Shown here one piece after another: positions 19,954-30,170 of a DNA stretch of 64,000 bases (position 1 is its first letter; each line of letters opens with the position of its first letter). Origin of the DNA: Candidatus Latescibacterota bacterium (lineage in GTDB: Bacteria; Krumholzibacteriota; Krumholzibacteriia; WVZY01; JAKEHA01); NCBI GenBank assembly GCA_963707635.1, contig OY970173.1, forward strand, positions 2,681,870-2,745,869, in the 5' to 3' direction. Under the pieces are notes generated by a model. It had not been told where the DNA came from, did not search any database, and worked only from the letters and a program-made list of their open reading frames with translations. The translations under genes were made by a program, and so were the position numbers.

Positions 19954-21225
19954 ATGGCGCCCCTTCATGCGCTCCTGGCCCCACAGATCGAACAACTGCG
20001 TGCGGATCGAGCCGCGCTCCTCAAGTCGCACGGGGACCGGGTGATCTCGGAGGTCACGGTCGCACAGGCCTTCGGCGGCATGCGCGACGTGCGCGCCCTG
20101 GTGTGCGACACCTCCGAGGTCGACCCCGACCGCGGACTCATCATTCGCGGCATCCCGGTGCTCGACCTTCTCGACAGTTATCCCGAGGACATCTTTTTCC
20201 TGCTCCTGATCGGCCGGCTGCCGTCCGAGCAGGAAGCGTGCGATGTGCGCGCCGAGATCGCCGCGCCGGAGCGCGTGCCCGAGTCGGTGTGGCGCGCGGT
20301 CGAGGCCATGCCGCGGGGGTCGCGCCCCATGTCGATGCTGTCGGCTGGGCTTCTGGCGATGGAACACGAGTCGGCGGTCGCGAAGCGGTTCTCGGAAGGC
20401 ATGCCACGCGACGAGTACTGGCGCGCGACACTGGAAGACGCGTTGCGACTGCTCGGATCGCTACCCACCCTCGCCGCCGGCATCTATCGCCTCCGCTACC
20501 AGAAGGGGCCGCGCTTCGTCCACGACCCCGCCAACGACTGGGCGCGCGATTTCGGCGCCATGCTCGGCGTTCGCAACGAGACCTTCTACCGCGCGATGCG
20601 CATGGCCGCCGTCCTCCAGAGCGACCACGAGGGCGGCAACGTGTGCGCGTTCACCTGCCACACCGTGGGCTCGGTGCTCTCGAATCCTTATCTCGCCGTC
20701 AGCGCCGGCTTCAACGGGCTCGCGGGGCCGCTGCACGGGCGATCGGCCCAGGAGAGCACGCAGTGGGTGCTGGATTCCATAGCACGCTATGGCGGCGCAC
20801 CGACGGACGCACAGATCGAAGAATTCGCCTGGGAGACGCTGCGCGCCGGACGCGTCGTGCCCGGGCACGGTCACGCCGTGCTGCGCGGCCCCGACCCGCG
20901 CTTCACCGCTATGGTCGATTTGGGCCGCAAGCATTTCCAGGGTGACCCCGTGTTCGAGACCGTCGAACGCATGTCGCGCGTTGTGCCGGAGGTCCTGAAG
21001 AAGCACGGCAAAGCGAAGAACCCCTACCCGAACGTGGACTTCGGGATGGGGGCGGTGTGGCACCACTTCGGGATCATGGAGCTGGACTACTACACCGTGC
21101 CGTTCGCGATCTCGCTGGCGATGGGCATGCTGGCGCAGCTGGTATTGAATCGGGCGCTCGGGTCGCCGATCGTGCGGCCCCGGAGTGTCACGACGGAATG
21201 GATTCGGTCAATCGCGCAACCCTGA
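19954..21225 (+). CDS. Eukaryote-type citrate synthase homolog (divergent active site)
   Basis: [51 protein letters not shown]; start approximate. Confidence 0.85.
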   Translation: MAPLHALLAPQIEQLRADRAALLKSHGDRVISEVTVAQAFGGMRDVRALVCDTSEVDPDRGLIIRGIPVLDLLDSYPEDIFFLLLIGRLPSEQEACDVRAEIAAPERVPESVWRAVEAMPRGSRPMSMLSAGLLAMEHESAVAKRFSEGMPRDEYWRATLEDALRLLGSLPTLAAGIYRLRYQKGPRFVHDPANDWARDFGAMLGVRNETFYRAMRMAAVLQSDHEGGNVCAFTCHTVGSVLSNPYLAVSAGFNGLAGPLHGRSAQESTQWVLDSIARYGGAPTDAQIEEFAWETLRAGRVVPGHGHAVLRGPDPRFTAMVDLGRKHFQGDPVFETVERMSRVVPEVLKKHGKAKNPYPNVDFGMGAVWHHFGIMELDYYTVPFAISLAMGMLAQLVLNRALGSPIVRPRSVTTEWIRSIAQP

Positions 21226-21244
21226 CACGCAAGAGGAGGCTGAA

Positions 21245-21454
21245 ATGGACAACCACGTCTACAAACAGATCGAACTCACCGGGACATCAACACAGAGCAT
21301 CGAGGACGCCGTCACCGGCGCGGTCGCAAAGGCAGCCGAGTCCGTGAGACACTTGCGCTGGCTGGAAGTGACCGACATCCGTGCCCACCTCGATGGCCGG
21401 AATCTCACACACTGGCAGGTGACCGTCAAGGTGGGCTTCACACTGGAGGATTAA
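21245..21454 (+). CDS. Dodecin (flavin-binding)
   Basis: [34 protein letters not shown]; GAGGAGG RBS. Confidence 0.93.
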   Translation: MDNHVYKQIELTGTSTQSIEDAVTGAVAKAAESVRHLRWLEVTDIRAHLDGRNLTHWQVTVKVGFTLED

Positions 21455-21520
21455 ATCGTTCTGCGATGAGCGTCGCCGCCCGGAATACCCCGAACGTGCG
21501 AGGAGCGACGCGAGCATTCA

Positions 21521-22204
21521 TTACACGTCGGCCACATGGCCCGGTCGTACTATGACGGCCTTGAGCCCCTTTCCCTGCACCTGTCTTACGAATTCATCCT
21601 CGTCGGCTTTGATCACCGGGAACGTGTCGTAGTGCATCGGGAGGAAGACCTTTGCGCGGATCATTTCGCAGGCGCGGACGGCGTCGTCGATCCCCATCGT
21701 GAAGTTGTCGCCGATCGGGAGCATGCACGCGTCGAACGGGCCGTTGAGCTCGGCGATCAGCTGCATGTCGAGGAACACGCCGGTGTCGCCGGTGTGATAG
21801 ATGCGCTTGCCGTCGATGTTCAGCACGATCCCGGCCGGACTCCCCAGCGCCTCGCCGTCGGGGCCGGTCGAGCCGTGATGGGCGATCACTAGCTTCACAC
21901 GCCCGAATGGAAAATCGTGGCCGCCGCCGATGCTCATCCCGTGCGACTTGCAGCTCCTGGCCGCGTAGTAGTTCGCGATCTCGAAGTTGGCGACGATGAG
22001 CGCGCCGGTCTTCTTCGCGATCGCCTCGGCGTCGCCCAGATGGTCGTCGTGTCCGTGGGAGATGAGAATGGCGTCGAGCTGCTTGAAGTCGCCGGGCTCG
22101 ACGTCGGCGAGCGGGTTTCCGGTGAGAAACGGGTCGATCAGAATACGGTGCTTCGACCCCTGCACTTCCCAGCACGAATGGCCGTGGAAGGTAAGCCTCA
22201 CCAT
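21521..22204 (-). CDS. Metal-dependent hydrolase, MBL fold (UPF0173-like)
   Basis: GHSC, IDPFLTGNP, SHGHDDHLGD, YHTGDT, LPIGDNFTMG, PMHYDTFP. Confidence 0.92.
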   Translation of the reverse strand: MVRLTFHGHSCWEVQGSKHRILIDPFLTGNPLADVEPGDFKQLDAILISHGHDDHLGDAEAIAKKTGALIVANFEIANYYAARSCKSHGMSIGGGHDFPFGRVKLVIAHHGSTGPDGEALGSPAGIVLNIDGKRIYHTGDTGVFLDMQLIAELNGPFDACMLPIGDNFTMGIDDAVRACEMIRAKVFLPMHYDTFPVIKADEDEFVRQVQGKGLKAVIVRPGHVADV

Positions 22205-22210
22205 GGCAAC

Positions 22211-22486
22211 CTAACCGTCGGCGGTCGTCGGATCCATCATGTGCTTGATCTCCGATATGCTGTTGGCCGGGAATCCGCCCAGGCGCGCGTGCTCGCGCAC
22301 CGTCGCCTCATCTTGCGCGATGTAGATGCAGTAGATCTTGTTGCCGGTCACGAAACTCTCGAGCCACTGAATCTTGCTTCCCATCTTCTCGAGCACGTTA
22401 CGGGATTTCAGCGCGATCGCCTTGAAATCACGCTCGGCGAGGCTGCCGACGTTGGGGATCTCGCGCTCGATGACGTACTTTGGCAT
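22211..22486 (-). CDS. DUF4242 family protein
   Basis: MPKYVIER..IQWLESFV..KIYCIY.A..VREHA..GFPAN.ISE..DPTTA. Confidence 0.85.
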   Translation of the reverse strand: MPKYVIEREIPNVGSLAERDFKAIALKSRNVLEKMGSKIQWLESFVTGNKIYCIYIAQDEATVREHARLGGFPANSISEIKHMMDPTTADG

Positions 22487-22507
22487 GATGTAAGTCCTTT
22501 CAGCGCC

Positions 22508-23939
22508 TTACTTTGCAGGCGCGATGTTCTTGTTGGTCCGGAACAGGTTGGCAGGATCCCACTTCGTCTTGATGTCGACGCAGCCGCTGGAAGTTCTTGC
22601 CATACGCCGCCTGGATACGATCGCCGGCGTCTTCCTCGGTGAGGAAGTTAACATACGTCCCACCGGTGGAAAAGCGGCGCATGTCACGCCACACGCCGCG
22701 CGTCCATTCGATGTTCGCGACGTCGTCCTCTTTCTTCTCCCACGAGGAGGCGATGTTGAGCACCATCGCCGCGTCCCGGTTGCCGACCGCCGAATGGTCG
22801 GCGGGAAGCCCGTTGAGCGCGCCCTTGAGCGGGAAGAAAATGATCGCCGAGTGAGGCGACAGGAATCCACTGCCGGCGTGCTTGATCGCCGCGTCGGTCA
22901 TCTCCTTGTCGATCCTGGGTAGATACTCGGACTTCCAGTAGTAGCGCCGTCCCTTGGGCTGGGTCGCGTCCAGCAGGCTCTGCTGCGAGACGTACGGCCG
23001 CTTCTGGACGATGTCTCCCACCGCGCCGCCGATCGCCCGGATGGGGGCGATGAGCTTCTCGCCGTCCTCCACCTTCCCGGTGTGGCAGACGAAGAGCGCC
23101 ACGACCGGCTGGCCGTGTGCGGTCTTGTCGATCCAGGGCGCCGGCGGCGCCGGGCGCATCACGGCGATCAGCGAGAGCTCCGGAGGCGCTTCGAACACCA
23201 TCGCGCGAAACAGCTCCAGCACCTCGGGCGCCTTCTCCGCCCGCCATGCGATGGCGCCGCCGAGGATCTCGGGCCCGAGCGGGTGGAGCGTGTACTCGAA
23301 GTTGGTCGCGACGCCGAAATTGCCGCCGCCACCACGAAGCCCCCAGAACAGGTCCGCGTTCTCCTTCTCGCTCGCGCGCACGATGCGGCCGTCCGCGGTC
23401 ACCATGCTGATCGAGCGCACGTTGTCGGTGGTCCAGCCGAACCGGCGCGTCGTGTACCCGAAGCCGCCGCCGAGGGTCAACCCGGCCACGCCGGTCGCCG
23501 ACACGAAGCCGAGCACCGCGGCGAGGCCGTGGAGCTGGGTCTCGCGATCGACGTCGCCGAGCAGGCAGCCGGGCTGAGCGTGCGCGACGCGCGCGGACGG
23601 ATCGACCCAGACGCCGCGCATCGGCGAAAGATCCAGCAGGAGCCCGCCGTTGGCGACGGCGAGGCCGGCGATGTTGTGCCCGCCGGCCTTGATCGAAATC
23701 GCGATGCCATGCTGGCGCGCGAAGTTGACGCATGCGACGATGTCGGAAACTCCCACGCATCGCGCCACCAGCGCGGGGCGCCGGTCGATCATCGCGTTCC
23801 AGATGGAACGCGAGTCGTCGTAGCCAGGGTCGCCGGCGAGGAGCAGCGATCCGCGCAAAGACGCGCGCAGCGCGTCGGTATGTTTGGAGTCGATTTCCAG
23901 CCGGGCACCATCCCGGTCCAGAGCCGCCAGAGTTGTCAT
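22508..23939 (-). CDS. FAD-binding oxidoreductase (BBE-like); apparent +1 frameshift at ~22580
   Basis: RPALVARC, GGHN, GLTLGGGFG, DLFWGLRGGGGNFG, YVNF; C-terminal KTKWDPANLF is in the adjacent frame. Confidence 0.9.
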
Positions 23940-23958
23940 GTCTTCCTCCTTGGTTGCA

Positions 23959-25278
23959 TCATGACGCCGCCACGATCGTCCCGCGGCACTCCCCGAACCC
24001 GATCCGCACCGCCCCCTCGCGCTCGCAGAACGCGCGCAGAATGACCGTGTCTCCATCCTCCAGAAAACTGCGCGTCTCGTCGGTCGGGAGCGTGAACGGC
24101 TCCGCCCCGCGCCAGGTGCGCTCGATCAGGCACCCGCGCGACTCCTGCTCGCGCCCGGAGATGGTACCACTTGCGAGCAGGTCGCCGGGCCGGAGGTTGC
24201 ACCCGTTCGAGGTGTGGTGGGCCACCATCTGGGCGAGCGTCCAGTACATGTCGCGCAGGTTCCCTCGACTCACGCGCACCGCTTCGAAGCCATCCTCGCG
24301 CATCCGCGGGGTCTCGATGAGCGCGTCGACGGTAATATCGAGACCGCCCGAGCGCTGGTCGTCGTCGTCCGCGAGGTACGGGAGGGGCGCGGGATCCCCG
24401 GCGTCGCGCGAAAACGCCGGCGTGCGGAACGGCTCCAGGGCCTCCATCGTGACGATCCACGGCGATATCGTGGTCGCGAAGTTCTTGGCGAGAAACGGCC
24501 CCAGCGGCTGGTATTCCCACCGCTGGATGTCGCGCGCGGACCAGTCGTTCAGCAGGCACAGGCCGAAGAGATGCTCGCGCGCGCCGGCGATCGGGATGGT
24601 TTCGCCGAGCGCATTACCGGGCCCGACAAAAGCGCCGATCTCCACCTCGTAATCCAGCATGCGCGTCGGCCCGAACGACGGCGCGGGCGCGTCGTCGGCT
24701 TTGGTCTGCCCTACCGGGCGCTTCACCGGAGCTCCCGAGGCGACGATCGACGACGCGCGCCCGTGATATCCCACGGGGACGTGCTTGTAGTTAGGCAACA
24801 GCGGGTTGTCGGGCCGGAACATCATCCCCACGTTGGTCGCGTGAAATACCGACGCATAGAAATCCGTGTAGTCGCCGATGTGCGCCGGCACGAGCATCTC
24901 GACGTCGCGCGCCGAGAACAGACACCCCTCCAGCGCGCGCCGATGCTCCGCTGTTTCCGGATGGTCGGCGCTCAATAGCTCCGAGAGCCGCGCGCGCAAG
25001 GCACTCCAGAATTCGGCGCCGAGCGCCATGAGCGCGTTTAGCGACGGCTCGGTGCAGGCCTCCACCGCGCGCCGCGCCGGCCCGGCGAAGAGTCCCGCGC
25101 GCACCGCGGCGACGTCGAGCACCGAGTCGCCGATCGCCACCCCGACGCGCGGCGATTCGTCGCCTTCCCAGTCGCGAAACACGCCCAGCGGCAGGTTCTG
25201 GATCGGAAAGTCGGCGCCCGGTCGGTTCGCGGATTCGACCCACGAGCGCAGGTCGGGACGATGGGTGGCATTGGTCAT
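23959..25278 (-). CDS. fahA: Fumarylacetoacetase
   Basis: DFPIQNLPLG, GDYTDFYAS..HA, PVGYHGRASS, LDYEVE, NDWSARDIQ.WEY.PLGPF, SGTISG. Confidence 0.95.
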   Translation of the reverse strand: MTNATHRPDLRSWVESANRPGADFPIQNLPLGVFRDWEGDESPRVGVAIGDSVLDVAAVRAGLFAGPARRAVEACTEPSLNALMALGAEFWSALRARLSELLSADHPETAEHRRALEGCLFSARDVEMLVPAHIGDYTDFYASVFHATNVGMMFRPDNPLLPNYKHVPVGYHGRASSIVASGAPVKRPVGQTKADDAPAPSFGPTRMLDYEVEIGAFVGPGNALGETIPIAGAREHLFGLCLLNDWSARDIQRWEYQPLGPFLAKNFATTISPWIVTMEALEPFRTPAFSRDAGDPAPLPYLADDDDQRSGGLDITVDALIETPRMREDGFEAVRVSRGNLRDMYWTLAQMVAHHTSNGCNLRPGDLLASGTISGREQESRGCLIERTWRGAEPFTLPTDETRSFLEDGDTVILRAFCEREGAVRIGFGECRGTIVAAS

Positions 25279-26165
25279 GAGAGCAGTCCCAGCTGGATCA
25301 AGTCGTCGACCGGCTCGCGGAACGAGCACGACCCGAACGACACCGCGAAGCGGCGGCGCACGGTCGAAAGCTCGGCGAGCGAGACTCGATAATCCTTCCA
25401 GACGAGCGCGTCGTCGGAGAACTCCACGCCGTCGAGCGAAGTCATGTTCAAGAGCGCGTCCGCGTCGCGGTGCGTGAGCCCATTATAATAGAACGCGGCG
25501 GTGAGGAACACGTTCAGAAACCCGTGCATGACGCCGCGCGGACCGTTCGCCTCGTAGGTGAGCACGCGCGTGGAGCGCAGCGGGTGGTGCAGCCCGGCGG
25601 TCGCCTTGAAGGCGACGTTGGTCGCGTAGCACTCCAGCAGGAACCGGTCCACCTGCTCGACGGGCGGGAACGCGTCCGGCGTGACCCCGCCGGTCCGGAT
25701 CTTCGCGCGCACCTTGTTCTCCGCGGCGGCCGCGATCAGCGCGCGGGGGTCGTCGGCCACCGGTATCTCGACGTACACCTTGATCGTGCGAGGCACGGCG
25801 GCGGCGATGCGCCGGATCGCGTCCGCCGTGGACGCCTTCACCTCCACCGCGTCGACCCAGATTCCGCGGCCGTTGGCGTTGAACGCCTCGATGCGCGCGG
25901 CGTCGCCCGCCACGTCGTCGCCGACCAGCGCCGAGACGCGCCAGTGGGGGTCGTCGCTCGGCGCCAGGACCGCCGAGCGCGCGGAGGCGAACTCGTCGAG
26001 CCGCGCCACCGGCACCACGAAGCGCCCGAGCATCCACGCATACAGAGAGCGGCGGTATTCCGCGTAATTCCCGACCGCCGCCTGCATCGTGAGCGCTGCC
26101 GGCGGAAACAACCCGGCGTAGTCGACGAGGGTGTGGAGCAGGGTGCGGCAGGACTTGGAGACCAC
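25275..26165 (-). CDS. Conserved hypothetical protein (enzyme-like)
   Basis: DYAGLFPPA, KIRTGG, FKATAGLHHP, HGFLN, SFGSCS blocks; stop overlaps fahA start (ATGA). Confidence 0.8.
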   Translation of the reverse strand: MVSKSCRTLLHTLVDYAGLFPPAALTMQAAVGNYAEYRRSLYAWMLGRFVVPVARLDEFASARSAVLAPSDDPHWRVSALVGDDVAGDAARIEAFNANGRGIWVDAVEVKASTADAIRRIAAAVPRTIKVYVEIPVADDPRALIAAAAENKVRAKIRTGGVTPDAFPPVEQVDRFLLECYATNVAFKATAGLHHPLRSTRVLTYEANGPRGVMHGFLNVFLTAAFYYNGLTHRDADALLNMTSLDGVEFSDDALVWKDYRVSLAELSTVRRRFAVSFGSCSFREPVDDLIQLGLLS

Positions 26166-26167
26166 GG

Positions 26168-27259
26168 CTACTTCGAATCCGGCGTGAGAAGGTCCGGCCC
26201 GACGTCCGCGACCGACGTGCACCCGCACAGGCCCAGCGCGTTGTCGATCTCGTCGTGGAGAATCTGGAGCACGCGGGCCACGCCCCGCTCGGCGTCGACC
26301 GCGAGCCCCCACAGCACGGGGCGGCCGATCATGACCGCGCGCGCGCCGCGCGCGATCGCCTTCACCACGTCGGTGCCGCGGCGGATGCCGCCGTCGACGA
26401 ACACCTCCGCGCGGCCCGCCACCGCGCCGGCCACGTGCGGGAGCGCGTCGATGGTGGCGGGGGCGCCGTCGAGCTGTCGCCCGCCGTGGTTCGACACGAT
26501 CACGCCGCGCGCACCGGCGTCGACGGCCCGGCGCGCGTCGTCGGCACGAACGATCCCCTTGATGAGCAGCGGCAACTTCGTGATGGAGCGGAGCCACTCG
26601 ACGTCCCGCCACGAGATCGCCGGGTCGATGTAACTCGAGACGTAACTGGAGAGCCCCGATCCCTCCGGACTTCCGGTGACGGCCCCCTGCCCCACCCCGA
26701 GGAGATTCTTCACCGTGAGTCCCTCGGGCAGCGCGAAGCGATTGCGCACGTCTCGCTCCCGCGGGCCCAGGATGGGGGCGTCGACGGTCAGCACGAGCGC
26801 GCGGCAGCCCGCGGCTTCGACGCGCGCCACCAGGTCTCGCGTCGCCTCCCGGTCCCGGTAGATGTAGAGCTGAAACCAGAGCGGCCCGGTGGCCGCTTTG
26901 GCGATGTCCTCCACGCTGGTGTTGGAAAGCGTGCTGACGATCATGATGGTGCCGGCCTTGCCGGTGGCGCCCGCAGTGGCCAGCTCGCCCTCGACCTGCG
27001 CCATCCCGTGGAACGCGGTCGGGGCCACCAGCACCGGCATGGACACGCGCTCGCCGAGCACGGTGGTCTCGAGCGTGCGCCGGCTCACGTCGGCCAGCAC
27101 GCGGAAGTACAGGGGTATGCGCTCGAAGGCGGCGCGATTCTCGCGCAGCGTCACTTCGTCCAGCGCGCCGCCGGCGTAGTAGTCGAAGGTCGCCTTCGGG
27201 AGGCGGCTCTCCGCCACCTTCTCGAAATCGAACAGGTTGACGAGCGTCGGTGCGGTCAT
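26168..27259 (-). CDS. FMN-dependent alpha-hydroxy-acid oxidase
   Basis: DYYAGGA, WFQLY, LTVD, KGI, SNHGGRQLD, DGGIRRGTD, GRP. Confidence 0.95.
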   Translation of the reverse strand: MTAPTLVNLFDFEKVAESRLPKATFDYYAGGALDEVTLRENRAAFERIPLYFRVLADVSRRTLETTVLGERVSMPVLVAPTAFHGMAQVEGELATAGATGKAGTIMIVSTLSNTSVEDIAKAATGPLWFQLYIYRDREATRDLVARVEAAGCRALVLTVDAPILGPRERDVRNRFALPEGLTVKNLLGVGQGAVTGSPEGSGLSSYVSSYIDPAISWRDVEWLRSITKLPLLIKGIVRADDARRAVDAGARGVIVSNHGGRQLDGAPATIDALPHVAGAVAGRAEVFVDGGIRRGTDVVKAIARGARAVMIGRPVLWGLAVDAERGVARVLQILHDEIDNALGLCGCTSVADVGPDLLTPDSK

Positions 27260-28428
27260 GTTTTGAGCACGCGGCGCACGGCTTCGATCACGTCGGCCAC
27301 GTCCGCGTCGGAGAGTTTCGGCCCGAGCGGAAGACTCACCGTCTGCCGCCCGACGCGCGTCGCGCGCGGATACTCCTCCGGCTTCCAGGCGAACGTCTTC
27401 TGGTAGAACGGATGTTCCGGGATGCTCACGTAATGCACGCCCACGCCGATGCCCTGCGCCTGGATGGCGGAAAGGAACGCGTCGCGCTCGATGCCGGCTC
27501 GGGCCGGGTCCACCATAATGGTATAAAGGTGGTGCGCGTGGCGCGTCTCCGGCTCGGGATCTGCCGGCGTGCCGATGGGAAACCCGCGAAACGCGTCGTT
27601 GTACCGGTTCCAGATCTCACGCCGGCGCTCCCAGTTCTTCTCGACACGCTTGAGCTGGTGGATGCCGATCGCCGCCTGGATGTCCATCATGTTGTACTTG
27701 AAGCCCGCCTCGATCACCTGATAGTGAACCCACCCCGAGTCGCTGAACCGCTTCCACGCGTCTTTACTCATACCATGCAATGCTAAAACCTTGATGCGGG
27801 CGGCGAGCGCTTCGTCTTTCGCGAGCACGATGCCGCCCTCACCAGTGATGACATTCTTGGTGACGTAGAAGCTGAAGCAACCGAAGTCGCCGAAGAGCCC
27901 CGCCGGTGTTCCCCGGTAGGTCGTCTCGATAGCGTGCGCGCAGTCTTCGACCACCATGAGGCGGTGCTGTTTCGCGAGCTTCATGAGAGCGTCCATGTCG
28001 CACGCGCGCCCCGCGAAGTGGACCGGCATGATCGCCCGGGTGCGCGGCGTGATCTTCTCCGCGACGCGGGCAGGGTCGATGTTCATCGTGCGCGGGTCGA
28101 CGTCCGCCAGCACCGGGGTCGCCCCGGTGTGAATGATCGCGTTGACCGACGCGCAGAACGTGAGCGGCGTGGTAATGACCTCGTCGCCCTCGCCCACGCC
28201 GGAGGCCACCATGGCGAGGTGGAGCGCCGCCGTGCACGAATAAACGGCGGCGGCGTGGGGAGCGCCCTTGTAGCGTTTGAAGTCCTCTTCGAAGCGGGCG
28301 ACCTTGGGCCCGGTGCCGAGCCAGCCGCTCTTGATGGAATCGACGACCTCGTCGATCTCGGCCTGTTCGATCAGGGGCGCGCCAAAGACGAGAAAGCGGT
28401 CCTTCGGGCGCACGGGGGTGTTGCTCAT
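27256..28428 (-). CDS. DegT/DnrJ/EryC1/StrS PLP sugar aminotransferase
   Basis: SCTAALHLA, PVHFAG, EDCAHA, FSFYVTKNVITGEGG, GFKYNM. Confidence 0.95.
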   Translation of the reverse strand: MSNTPVRPKDRFLVFGAPLIEQAEIDEVVDSIKSGWLGTGPKVARFEEDFKRYKGAPHAAAVYSCTAALHLAMVASGVGEGDEVITTPLTFCASVNAIIHTGATPVLADVDPRTMNIDPARVAEKITPRTRAIMPVHFAGRACDMDALMKLAKQHRLMVVEDCAHAIETTYRGTPAGLFGDFGCFSFYVTKNVITGEGGIVLAKDEALAARIKVLALHGMSKDAWKRFSDSGWVHYQVIEAGFKYNMMDIQAAIGIHQLKRVEKNWERRREIWNRYNDAFRGFPIGTPADPEPETRHAHHLYTIMVDPARAGIERDAFLSAIQAQGIGVGVHYVSIPEHPFYQKTFAWKPEEYPRATRVGRQTVSLPLGPKLSDADVADVIEAVRRVLKT

Positions 28429-28518
28429 GCTCGATGCTTCCGGGTTCGGGAGTAAGCGGCGATCCTATCACGCGGCCGCGGGCGCCGCAACACGGCGCGG
28501 CCGCGCGCCGGCGCGGTC

Positions 28519-29979
28519 CTACGACCGTACCATCTTGAGAATCTTCTCCAGACGGCGTCGTTCGCGAAGCACGAGCACGCCGGCGTATACCGACGCCCCG
28601 ATGACGACCAGCACGATCAACTCGACCACGGGGTTGGGCCAGGTCACCAGGCGCTCCAGGGCGCCGGCCACGCCGGCGGCCGCGAGCGCGCTCCAGAAAT
28701 AGGGTGCCAGGTGGGCGAGGTACTCCCCGGGGCGCATTCCAACCAGGCGCCGCCGGATATAGAAGCCGACCGGCAGCATGATGGCGGCGGCGGCGACGAC
28801 CAGCGCATACGCGATCCCGGTGAGTCCCCACCGCGAACCGAGCCAGATGCCGAAGAGAAAGAGCGTGGTGCGCACCACGTTCAGGTAGAAGCCCACGTCG
28901 GCGCGACCAACGCCCATCAGCAGGCTGCCCATCGGGCTGCCGATCGCGTACATGAGGCCGAGCATGGAAAGAATTCGCAGCAGCCCGATCGTCGGCTCGT
29001 AGCCCTCGCCCAGTTGCACGCGAATGAATGGGTCGGCGAGTGCCAGCATGCAGAAGTAGAGGGGCATTGAAATCGCGGCGACGACCTCGATCAGTTCGAG
29101 GAATCCCTTGCGCACACGGTCGCGATCCCCCTGCACGGCCGAGAACACCGGAAACGCGACGCGCGTGAAGATGGGATTGATGATCTGGTACGGGCGCGCG
29201 ATCAATCGGTACGCGAGCTCGTAGTAGCCCAGCGGGCGCGGCCCCATCACGGCGCCGATGACGAGCTTGTCGAGATTCTGCCCGAGCAGATTCAGCGTAC
29301 GCTCCCCCATCTGGTAGAGTCCGAAGTGCACGAAGCGGCCGCACTCGCGGGGCACGAAACGCAGCATCGGACGCCACGTCGACCAGCCCACGGTGGCGAG
29401 CGACACCGCCGAAACGGTCGATTGCAGCACCGTCGCCCACACCAGCGACCACACGCCGTGGCCCCGCACGGCCAGGACGACGCCTGTAATGGACCCCACG
29501 ATCACGGCGCCGGTTTCGATCAGCGCCAGGCGCCGAAAGCGCAGGTCGCGCTCGGACAGGACCTCGAACTGCCGGCCGAGCGGGCCGATGATGAAGATGA
29601 GGGCGGCGACCCGCAACAGGTCGGTCAGCGGCGGCTGGTGGTAGAAGCGCGCGATCTGCGGCGAGAGCGACCACACCAGTCCGAACACGGCGACACCGGA
29701 GAGCACGTTGAGCCAGTAGAGGCTGGAGAGCTCCTCGCGCCTCGCGTCCCGGTAGTAGATGATCGCGTTGCTCACCCCCGCGTCCCCGAAGGTCTGCGAG
29801 AATGCGAGCACCACGTTCACCATCGCCATCAGGCCGAAGTCCTCTACGCGGAGCATGCGAGCCAGGATGCCGAGCTGGACGAACTGGGCGGCGATGCGCG
29901 TGGCGGTCGCGACGGTGATCCAGCGCGCTCCCGCGGTGGCATGACGGCGCAGGTGTCCTATGTCGACGTCTTTGGTCAC
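28519..29979 (-). CDS. Wzx/MOP polysaccharide flippase (WzxC-like)
   Basis: LARML..EDFGL, D.GVSNAII, LDKLVIG..LGYY; many hydrophobic segments; GTG start inferred. Confidence 0.9.
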   Translation of the reverse strand: MTKDVDIGHLRRHATAGARWITVATATRIAAQFVQLGILARMLRVEDFGLMAMVNVVLAFSQTFGDAGVSNAIIYYRDARREELSSLYWLNVLSGVAVFGLVWSLSPQIARFYHQPPLTDLLRVAALIFIIGPLGRQFEVLSERDLRFRRLALIETGAVIVGSITGVVLAVRGHGVWSLVWATVLQSTVSAVSLATVGWSTWRPMLRFVPRECGRFVHFGLYQMGERTLNLLGQNLDKLVIGAVMGPRPLGYYELAYRLIARPYQIINPIFTRVAFPVFSAVQGDRDRVRKGFLELIEVVAAISMPLYFCMLALADPFIRVQLGEGYEPTIGLLRILSMLGLMYAIGSPMGSLLMGVGRADVGFYLNVVRTTLFLFGIWLGSRWGLTGIAYALVVAAAAIMLPVGFYIRRRLVGMRPGEYLAHLAPYFWSALAAAGVAGALERLVTWPNPVVELIVLVVIGASVYAGVLVLRERRRLEKILKMVRS

Positions 29980-30170
29980 GGGCCGGGCTTTCGGGCCAGG
30001 TTGGTCAGCGCGACGCACGCCTTCACCAGCGGGCGCAGCACGCGAGGGGCCACGGAAAGCCAATAGTAGCCCCGCTCGGTTGCAAACGTCATCCAGAACC
30101 CGGACGTGTATGCCCGCCGCCCGGCTGGATCCTGGGCGGGTCGGATCTCGGCAACGCGGATGGTGCTCAC
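29976..30170 (-). CDS. Small 64-aa hypothetical protein
   Basis: Fills the gap exactly, with GTGA start/stop overlaps on both sides. Confidence 0.55.
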   Translation of the reverse strand: MSTIRVAEIRPAQDPAGRRAYTSGFWMTFATERGYYWLSVAPRVLRPLVKACVALTNLARKPGP

